In this document: one piece after another, positions 55,420 through 63,841 of the stretch
Numbering within the stretch: position 1 is the stretch's first letter
Layout: every line of letters begins with the position of its first letter
Source: Antechinus flavipes
Lineage: Eukaryota
Length of the DNA stretch: 63,841 bases
Assembly (NCBI RefSeq): GCF_016432865.1
Contig: NC_067402.1
Location: 152,582,001 to 152,645,841, forward strand
Reading direction: 5' to 3'
Program-made: the position numbers and the translations under genes
The notes under the pieces: generated by a model
The model's input: the letters and a program-made list of their open reading frames with translations, nothing else
What the model was told of the DNA's origin: nothing
Databases searched by the model: none

Positions 55420-55645
55420 TGACAGAGTGAAATAACCAGGCCTGAAGTGAGGAAGACCTGAGTTCAATTGTGACCTCAAGCATTTACTAGCTTGTGATCC
55501 TGGGAAAATCCTATTTGTTTCTCAGTTACCTTATCTGTAAAATGACTTGGAAGGAGAAATCACAGACCCTTCCAATGTCTTTGCCAAGAAAGCACAAATT
55601 TGGGTATACAAAGAACCAGATATGACTACAAAACAACTGAACAGT
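55420..55645 (+). mobile_element. MAR1-type SINE
   Basis: ggcctgaagtgaggaagacctgagttcaa...atctgtaaaatg...ggagaaatcacagacc..tctttgccaagaaa...atgact.caaaacaactgaac. Confidence 0.65.
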
Positions 55646-56379
55646 AAAGAGACAGATTTTAGAGGATATCGAAGATTTTTAAATTGAAGTATATGTGACA
55701 TGATTAGATCTGAAATATAGAAAACTTCATTTGACAGATGGATTAGAAAGTGACAAGAATTAAAGAAGGAAGACGCATTTGGAAGTTATTATAACAGTTC
55801 AGAGGAGAATGATATAGGATAGTTATGTGAGAAGAAAGGGAGAAATGTATGCAAGAAATATTATGAAAGAAAAATGAAGAATATTTGACAATTTGGTAGA
55901 TAAAGGGTACAAGAGGAAGAATAAAGAACTATTTATAATTCTAAATTTGCAAGTTTGCTTGGTTAGAAAAATGTCCATGTGTTTAAAAGAAATAAGAAAT
56001 TTAGGAAGGGTGGGTTTAGATTGAGAGATAATAATTTGGTTTTAGCTGTCTATAAGACAATACAGTAGAGATGTCCAGCAAAATATGGCTAACAGAGGGA
56101 CAAGGATGATTTTCCAGTCAAGAATAATTAGAAATGATCAGATCAAAGACAGAGCAATATTATGAAATATTAATTTAAATTATTAATAAAAGAAATGAAA
56201 AAAATTCACATAAATGACTATTAGTGATCTTTATGTGTATGTTTTATATTTCCAGTTGATTTTTTAGCTTAAGTGTATTCAAATTTATTCTGATTTTATG
56301 TGTTTAATAGACATTGATATATTTCATCTATTATTTTAATCTATTGATCTTTTTGAATTTCAATCAATTAAAAGTTTCA

Positions 56380-56645
56380 ACTATCCCTGCTAATTTCATG
56401 TCATCTGCAAATTTGTGAAGTATGCAACTGTTAAATTGATAAAGACACAGTCGATTGTAAAACCCTTCAGCAAAGCACTACATGTGTCTCTTTAGTTTAT
56501 ATTAATCTGACAATCAATTCTCTTTGGGCCACATCCAGTCATCTAACCAATTCTGAATGCATTTGACTATATTGGCTTCTTATCTTCTTCACAGGGATAT
56601 CATGAGAAACTTTGCAAAATGTCTAACTGAAATATAGCTGTACAA
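56380..56645 (-). mobile_element. L3/CR1 RT relic
   Basis: gtcatctgcaaattt (reverse KFADD) and cagggatatcatgagaaactttgcaaaatg (reverse ..FAKVSH) are CR1 RT motifs. Confidence 0.6.
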
Positions 56646-57350
56646 GACAGTATATTCCTAATTATTTAAGATAGTAGTTATTTTACTTTTAAATTTGCTA
56701 CTCTAAGATTGCTTGTATTTTAGTTTTTAAACAAATTTTTCCTACTCAAATTCACCTCATCCCATTTGAGTCTATCTTTTTATTAATTATAGTAACCCAG
56801 AACTAATGAATAAATATTTATTTGCTATCTATGAGCTCGATATACTGTTACCACAAAGAACCTATTTAAAAAAAAATAATTTACATAGCCAAACTCTCAT
56901 TCCTTAGTCCCAGGTAGTATTTCCAATGAATCTGACATTTACACCTTTATAGGATGTTACAGATCGTTGCCTAAATAAATGAATCCTGGAATCTTCAGGT
57001 TGAATTTCAAGGGAAAATATCTCACTGCTATAATACCACTATTTTACCCTGTATCTTCTTTTCAAAACAAAGCAACCATACTTTTTCTTAATATATCAAT
57101 TCCAGTAACTATTAACAAAGTAAGATGGAAAATGAGATATTCTGTCTAATTAGACAAATATGTTCTAGCCACCATGTTCTTTAATTTACTCTCATTCAGG
57201 CAAAAGTTTATTTTGTTTTAGGATCTTGAATTATTTAATAATTTTTTTAGTCCATAGCCTAGACACTCTTTCATGATCTTTTTTAGTCATCCTTAATGGT
57301 ATTTATAGGGAATTAAGTTGTTTAAAGAGAAGTAATAATTCAAATCTTAC

Positions 57351-57481
57351 TCTTTGAAGAGACACCATGCCACAGCATAGACACATATCAAAAAAAGGAC
57401 ACTTGTTATAGTTATCACTGCAGAAATCCAATTATCAGGGGTCCAGTAATATGAAATTCTCATTAATATAGATGTAGTCAT
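57351..57481 (-). CDS. Candidate 131-nt transmembrane-domain exon of a single-pass membrane protein
   Basis: Acceptor gtactcttattttcag|ATG, donor aga|gtaaga; open frame MTTSILMRISYYWTPDNWISAVITITSVLFLICVYAVAWCLFK(D) with a 24-residue hydrophobic stretch ending in K. Confidence 0.55.
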
Positions 57482-59129
57482 CTGAAAATAAGAGTACATT
57501 TATTAAGCATTAATAGTTAGATGCCTTAGAAACAGCATATCTTGAAGTTTTTTTTTTTCTTCACTGGGGATGGATGGCTTATAAGTATTCCATTCTTGTA
57601 GGTCAACTTTATTTTTTAATAAAATGAAGTTCTGACTGTTATTATTAGCATAATTTAAAAGAATAAAACATTTCTAAGTTTGAATACTTAATTTTCTGTC
57701 TACAGAAATAAAAAAAAATTAACTGTTCTCCTAAGTAGTTTTAGTGAATATGACATTAAATATTAGATAATTTTACATCTTATGTGGAAAAAAGTTATTG
57801 GCTAATAATATAACAAGCAAATTATCAAGAGAAAAAATAATTTTCTTGTCACTATGTTTAGGTTGACTAAAAGTGAAGATTAAATTTTGAACAATGATTC
57901 AGAAGCTAAAAGGATAAGGAGAAAGGATTAAGGAATTAAGTTCAGCCAAGAATCAGAAACATAAAGATTTAAATCTAAGATTCACACATTGAAACCAAGA
58001 GAAAGCAAAGTCAAGAGCCCAGGAAATTAGATTTAATATGATTAAGAGAAAATCATTTTTCATTATAGGCCAGAACAAGATAGGATAAAAGTGGCACATA
58101 ATTGATTTAAATATTACTGCCCTTGGCACTAGTCTTCCTAACTAGTCTTGTCTCATCTATATGTACAGGATCATTTGAAGGCTTTTTTAAAGAATCACAT
58201 TAATATATATGCATTTTTCATGAAAATATTATCTATATTTTAAGTGCTTTATATTTTAACCACTTTAAAATAACTTTTTTTTTTCATAAGCAATTTTCCT
58301 TGTATTTTCTTAATGGTTGTTTAATACCCAAACACTAAATGGATTCAATTAATCAGATGTTTTATATAATCACATAGTGTTCAAGCTAAAAAGGATCTCA
58401 TTCTGACACACTAGTCCAAGAAGGAGAATAAGCTTATTTGTTTAACTGTCACTTTCAGACTTTCATTCTGCTACTATGACTTAATATCCACTCCTTTTTT
58501 GAATTTGGCTGGAAAAGTATATTACTCCTTTCAAATACTCTTCTAAGTTATCTATCTATTCCTTGAATATTCTCCATGTTTGTCATGATCTTTAATTCTT
58601 GCTTTTAATCTTCCTCTTCAATCCATTTATACTAGTGAATTTCAAAGCACATACTGATATTTTGTAAAGACTTTCAACTTCCCAATATATCAACCTCCTT
58701 AACTCTTGTGACCTATAAACATTTACTCCTTAACTACACCCAGGGCCAGTCATAACCCTGTATTAGTTTCTGACAGCTGTTCCTATTAAATTATTTTTTT
58801 AAAAATACGATGATATTCTTCTAAGAGAACTTTGTGCCAGTCTACCTTTCCCTGTCTTAGTCGTTTGAAACCTATTACTTATTCCAAGGATAACCTCCAA
58901 CCTCTCTACTCGGTTCTATTCTAAGCCCTTGTCACTGTTCATTTCACATTCTTCCCTTACAAGCCTTAACTCTATTCTAACTTTTTCAGCTTTAAATTGT
59001 TCTCTACTGTTGAATCTTGTCTGCTTGTAATTATTGTTGCTTATGACTTGCCAAATCCCAACCTTGCATTATTGCCACCATCTCTAATTCTATTCTTGAA
59101 CGGCTAAACAGTACTGGAGGAAGTCTTTC

Positions 59130-59717
59130 TGTAATGGGCTGAGGCTTGAGTTGATGCACTGAGGTCCCAAGCACATGAGGCTAAATAGTAATTGGACCAT
59201 ACTCTATTAATATATAAGCTTGGAGAAAGAATGGCCCCCGCCCACTCTTTGTGCAAGTCCTGATGTGTTGTATAGGAAATGACGATTCTGGTGGGTAGAG
59301 GCAGGGGAGTGGAAAAGGAAGGGGAAGAGAGACTGCTTGCTTTTGCCATTGCGATGACCTTTCTGTTTGTTTCTCTTCTTCTTTTTGCTTTTTGCTGAGG
59401 CAGTTGGGTTTAAGTGACTTGCCATGGCCACACAACCAGGAATTGTTAAGTGTCTGAGGCTGGATTTGAACTCAGGTCCTCCTGACTTCAGGGCTGGTGC
59501 TCTACCCACTGAACCATCTCCTCCCCTTCCTTTTCCACTCCCCTGCCTCCACCCACCAAAATCGTCATTTCCTATACAACACATCAGGACTTGCACAAAG
59601 AGTGGGCGGGGGCCATTCTTTCTCCAAGCTTATATATTAATAGAGTATGGTCCAATTACTATTTAGCCTCATGTGCTTGGGACCTCAGTGCATCAACTCA
59701 AGCCTCAGCCCATTACA
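59130..59717 (-). repeat. 3' LTR made of two 201-bp inverted arms (59130-59330, 59517-59717) and a 186-bp core
   Basis: Read directly: the arms are reverse complements with 3 mismatches, and both ends read tgtaatgggctgagg. Confidence 0.97.
59360..59516 (-). mobile_element. WSINE1-type SINE forming most of the 3' LTR core
   Basis: A box tggttcagtgg (59506-59516), B box gagttcaaatcc (59462-59473), A-rich tail. Confidence 0.9.
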
Positions 59718-59738
59718 TCTCCCGCTTTCTTTTGTTTT
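59718..59738 (-). promoter_or_regulatory. Polypurine tract (3' PPT)
   Basis: The minus strand aaaacaaaagaaagcgggaga lies immediately before TGTAATGGG, which fixes the provirus orientation. Confidence 0.85.
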
Positions 59739-59746
59739 AGAACACA

Positions 59747-59907
59747 GGTGATCATGCCATCCCTGACTTCTCAGGGAGGTGAGAGCCCCCAAGGGGAGGT
59801 GATCACACCTTCCCTGACTTCTCAGGAAAGGAGGTGAAAGCACTAAAAAGGAGATAATCACGCCCTCCCTGACATCTCAGGAAGGGAGATGAAAAGCACC
59901 AAAGGGA
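59747..59907. repeat. Three tandem copies of a 51-55-bp unit in the proviral 3'UTR
   Basis: The unit gg(t)gatcac.cc.tccctgacttctcagg...gg.ggtga.agc.c.aa.ggga repeats three times. Confidence 0.9.
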
Positions 59908-60684
59908 AGTGGGGGTTGCTCGCAGGTTTCTGGGCTCAAGGGTCTTATTATGCACAAACCCATCAGCATGGGAAGTATTACACAAGCACATAGCAACAAT
60001 GCAGAGGCTATTAGTGATGACTCTCCCCACAGTCAGTGCAGGCTTGATGTGGTGTAACAAATATGAATTACACACCCAAATAACAGTATAACAAACAATA
60101 TAAATTGACATTGTGTTGTAAAAGATTGCCAGAAGTCCTAGAAGGAGAGTATGTAAACAGCAGTCACACATACACCTTCTTCAGCAGCCAAGAGATAGTC
60201 CAAAACCAATCTATTGTCCATCGCTTCACATATCAGGGAATCCAATGATCCCCCCAAGTTTTTGAAGTCCAGCAAAAGTCTTTTTATGTCTTAGGGAATC
60301 CAATGATTCCAGCAGATTTTGAAGTCCTGTAACAGTCTTATCATTTCTCAGAAAATCCAATGATTCCTGAGGGCTTTCAAGTCTTATGTCTCAAAGAATC
60401 CAATGATTCCTGAGGGATTTAAAGTCCTACAACAATCTAATGTCTCAGAGAATCCAATGATTTCCGAGGGTTTGGAGGTCCAATGATTTTCTATGTCCAT
60501 GAGTCAAACACCATAACTGCCACACGCTTTCAATGGTGAGCACAATCAGCAACAGAACCATCCGATGTTTCTTGGGTCTTCTCCTTCGTTTCAAGGGTCT
60601 GCTCCGTCTCTCTGCGATGGACAAGGCGAATACAGCTCGTTGGCACCCATCTGATTCCTTCTCCACCTGTAGAGATACAAGCAA
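59803..60684 (-). pseudogene. env: env remnant (leader, heptad repeats, ISD, hydrophobic segment; SU absent)
   Basis: Acceptor tctctacag| at 60667/60666 inside the integrase CTD; RRSRPLKRRRRPKKHR-MVLLLIVL; MDNRLVLDYLLAAEEGVC (60168-60221); then CCLH and a hydrophobic run after a frameshift. Confidence 0.75.
60237..60490. repeat. Six degenerate tandem units (26-58 bp) with core tccaatgat
   Basis: Core at 60241, 60299, 60356, 60399, 60453 and 60479. Confidence 0.9.
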
Positions 60685-61032
60685 ACCCTCTCCCCCAAGC
60701 AGTTAGCGTATCTGGTCCCTTCCATTCACCACTTTCTAGGTCTCTCCACATCACCTGGCGATTATCTAAAGATAGCGGAGCTGCTCGCACTGGACACTGC
60801 CCTTCCAGTGGGTTATAAAACCTGTCTGCTGGAGCCAGTGCATCTTTGTCAAAAATCAAGAAGTTAATAGTATAAAGAGCTAGATTTAGAAGCTCTCTAG
60901 GGTTACCTGTGGCTCCCCCTTTCTTTTGTTTTTGGAGGAGCATCTTAATGTCTCTGTTTCTCCTCTCTACTATTGCCTATCCTTGAGGATTAAAGGGTAT
61001 GCCAGTGGTGTGTAAAATCTTATACTGTGCAC
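60530..61032 (-). pseudogene. pol: pol remnant: C-terminal half of a betaretrovirus-like integrase
   Basis: [38 protein letters not shown]...VMWRDLESGEWKGPDTLTAWGRGFACIS..WVP matches class II ERV integrase (HTTGIPYNPQGQAIVER; WKGPD..WGRG); one stop at 60977-60979. Confidence 0.93.
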
Positions 61033-61438
61033 AAAAGGAAGGGGAGGAGATGGCTCAGTGGGTAGTGCACCAGCCCTGAAGTCAGGAGGACCTGAGTTCA
61101 AATCCAGCCTCAGACATTTAACAATTCCTGGTTGTGTGACCATGGGCAAGTTACTTAAACCCAACTGCCTCAGCAAAAAGCAAAAAGAAGAAGAGAAACA
61201 AACAGAAAAGTCATCGCAATGGCAAAAGCAAGCAGTCTCTCCTCCCCTTCCTTTTCCACTCCCCTGCTTCCACCCACCAGAATCGTCATTTCCTATACAA
61301 CACATCAGGACTTGAACAAAGAGTGGGCGGAGGCCATTCTTTCTCCAAGCTTATATACTAATAGAGTATGGTCCAATTACTATTTAGCCTCATGTGCTTG
61401 GGACCTCAGTGCATCAACTCAAGCCTCAGCCCATTACA
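61033..61438 (-). repeat. 5' LTR copy: full arm (61238-61438), 187-bp core (61051-61237), 18-bp stub of the second arm (61033-61050)
   Basis: About 96-97% identical to the reverse complement of 59130-59534; the SINE reads on + here. Confidence 0.95.
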
Positions 61439-62040
61439 TCATACAACCCAGTTGATAGGGGTCATATGTAAATTTATATTACCCAATCTTAACTGGGCCT
61501 TCACCAGGAAATTTTTTCACCATTTTCAATTTGATTATCTATTGTATTCTCCAATGAAGTTATTCCAAATATTCTCTTCTCAAGCTTTCTACAACATCCC
61601 CTTCCCTCTTCCATAAGAGGACTTTCCCCCATAATTCACTGGAAAAACCTGCCATTCATCTTTATCTCTCTCTCCTTCCCTGAATTATATCTTAAAACAC
61701 CTTGACATATTCCTCCCCCCCCCCCCCCCGCCTTCCCATCCCTTTCTCCTTTATTCTAGCTTCAAAAGAAATAATAGTTCATTATCTTGCCAAGGCCAAT
61801 GATCATATCCCTTCCAATGACCTCTAGAAGACTGCCTTCACAATCATGCTTGAGTTACTGCCATCCCCTGGAATAAGAGGGCTATAATAAAGGACAGGGT
61901 ATAGGTATCAGATCAAATCTACAAAGTCATAAAAGAGAATTAAAGATAGGTAATTTAGAATATTTAATTTAATGAGAGATACAGATAATAAAGAAAGAAT
62001 ATATGCAAAAGCCATGAATCAAAGGAAGAAAGTTTATTTC

Positions 62041-62205
62041 TGGGTTTTTTTTTGTTTGTTTGTTTGTTTACTGAGGCAACTGAGGTTAAGTGACTTGCCC
62101 AGGATCACACAGCTAGAAAGAGTTAAGTGTCTGAGATCAAATTTGAACTCAGGTCCTCCTGATTTCAGGGCTGGTACTCTATCCACTGTGCCACCTAGCT
62201 GACCC
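62041..62205 (-). mobile_element. WSINE1-type SINE, full length
   Basis: Reverse head ccactgtgccacctagctgaccc, B box, T-rich tail; TSD aggaagaaagtt 62023-62034 / 62206-62217. Confidence 0.92.
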
Positions 62206-62270
62206 AGGAAGAAAGTTCTTTCCACATAGAAAGGGAAGATATATAATGAGAAAGATGAGGAAATAGAATC

Positions 62271-62826
62271 TTTTTTTTTTAATTAAAGCTTTTTATTTTC
62301 AAAATATATGCATGGATAATTTTTCATCATTGACCTTTGCATAGCCTTGTATTCCAAATTTTCCCCTTCCTTTTTCCCATCTCCTCCCTTAGATGGCAAG
62401 CAATCCAATATGTTATACATGTTAAAAATATGTGCTAAATCCAATATATGTAAATATATTTATACAATTATCTTGCTGCACAAGAAAAATCAGATCAAAA
62501 AGGAAAGAAAATGAATAAGAAAACAAAATGCAAGTGAAAAACAACAACAACAAAAAAAAGAATGAGAATGTTATATTGTGATCCACACTCAATTCCCACA
62601 GTCCTCTCTCTGGGTGTAGATGGCTCTCTTTGTCACAAGATCACTGGAACTGGCCTCATTCACCTCATTGTTGGAAAGAGTCACCTCTATCAGAACTGAT
62701 CATCATATATTGTTATTGCTGTGTACAATGATCTCCTGGTTCTGCTTATTTCATTTAGCATCAGTTCATGTCTCTCCAGACCTCTCTGAAATCATCCTGT
62801 TGATTGTTTTTTAATAGAACAATAAT
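62271..62826 (-). mobile_element. 5'-truncated L1 (3'UTR and last ORF2 codons)
   Basis: Poly-T, reverse L1 3'UTR, atctcctggttctgcttatttcatttagcatcagttcatg; probable TSD aat(a/g)gaatc. Confidence 0.9.
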
Positions 62827-63227
62827 GGAATCCTTTTTTTAAAAATAATGTCTTAGATTAGATACATGTGTTAAATAAAATCCTGTCTTGGAACCCATTA
62901 ATATGGCATTCTCTCCTTATTGGTATAGAAAAATGTTGCACTGTGTGAGGGGCAGGATACAGCTGGCAAGAAACAAGAGAGCTTCAGTTCTCATCCAACC
63001 TCTTTTCTGAACTCTTCAAGTGCTAGTTCCTTTAAGAACTTTCCAAGCTTCAAGTTTTCTTCAAGTATCAACTCATTCCTGGCACTTATGGCTTCTAGCT
63101 TTGAGGGGGAAGATACAAGAGGCTAACACCACTCAGATTGCTGAGGAAGAAATCCCAGGAAGACATGAGTGGAACTGGTAGTCCAGTTTGCTATACTGAA
63201 GAATTTGAGGTACAATAAATAAATGAC

Positions 63228-63325
63228 TCTGGAGTCAGCAGGTCCTGAGTTCAAATCTAGCCACAGATACTTGACATTTACTAACCATGTGATCCTGGAC
63301 TAATCATTTAAACCTGACTCCTCAT
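63228..63325 (+). mobile_element. 5'-truncated tRNA-derived SINE
   Basis: ctctggagtcagcaggtcctgagttcaaatctagccacagatactt...gtgatcctggac.aatcatttaaacc. Confidence 0.7.
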
Positions 63326-63841
63326 CTCCCCACCTCTCTACCCCCCCCCCAAAACAACAACAACAACAACAACTGATGAGTTTGCTTTGGGTGAGAGTTG
63401 GGATCGTTTCTCTAAGTTGATCTGCATTACTTCACTTCTAATTGGAAAGCTCCTTCACTCTGTATTGTCTGATATATATTCTCCTAGGTATAAACTTCCT
63501 CAGATGTCTGTTTTACTATAATTTGGATAAATGGCTTTCTTTTCTATTTTTATATGTTTATAGTGGAACTGATTATTGAATAAAAAAGGTTATGCCTTAG
63601 ATATAGAACTTGGAATCTTCCTTTCACCTAGAAATGACAGTGATGAGAAGTTACATGTAACCTTATCATATATCCCAGATGGATAATATTTAACAGAGAA
63701 GAGAAATATACTTTTAATCTTATACCCATTCCCTTTAAAGAGACCACAGTGACTTCTAAACCCAAATACTTGTTTCCCCTCTAGGTAGGAATGAGTCTCC
63801 CTTGCCGTAATGTGGGAGAAAAGAGCCACACTATGATAGCC

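Larger units (their letters stand above)
59130..61438 (-). mobile_element. Internally deleted endogenous retrovirus (beta-like pol, gamma-type env remnant) with hairpin LTRs
   Basis: TGTA...TACA outer ends, integrase C-terminal half, env splice acceptor, ISD remnant and PPT abutting the 3' LTR; 6-bp flanks tctttc / tcatac (4/6); inserted in an old L2-like sequence. Confidence 0.92.

Noticed and set aside
59104-59666. Several ORFs of 80-129 aa over the hairpin LTR, and their counterparts at 60970-61455
   Set aside because: They are translations of SINE and LTR sequence, mirrored because of the repeats; no coding signature.
60237-60490. CRISPR-like repeat-spacer array
   Set aside because: Eukaryotic retroviral context, irregular periods, and the spacers are homologous to each other.
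62960-63110. Minus-strand 43-codon helical-looking frame (NELILEENLKLGKFLKELALEEF)
   Set aside because: Bounded by stops, with no start or splice sites; possibly a decayed repeat.

Overview
AT-rich, CpG-poor mammalian genomic DNA. The repeat content points to a marsupial, probably a dasyurid: WSINE1-, MAR1- and WALLSI/RTE-type SINEs, marsupial L1 ends, and old L2, L3/CR1, RTE and hAT relics. Family names are from my recall of consensus sequences, not a database search, and old MIR/L2 relics are not listed exhaustively. There is no rRNA, tRNA, CRISPR array or long intact ORF. Two things stand out. (1) A 2.3-kb deleted endogenous retrovirus on the minus strand (59130-61438) has a beta-type integrase remnant and a gamma-type env immunosuppressive-domain remnant. 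Its LTR is a hairpin: two 201-bp inverted arms flank a 186-bp core carrying a tRNA-derived SINE with intact A and B boxes. The core points in opposite directions in the two LTR copies, as if it were an invertible cassette. (2) A phase-compatible chain of small minus-strand exons (57481 to about 51111) encodes a single-pass membrane protein with a tyrosine-motif tail that I cannot name. The rest looks intronic or intergenic, with four more LTRs, several L1 fragments with target-site duplications and a few weak exon or enhancer candidates.
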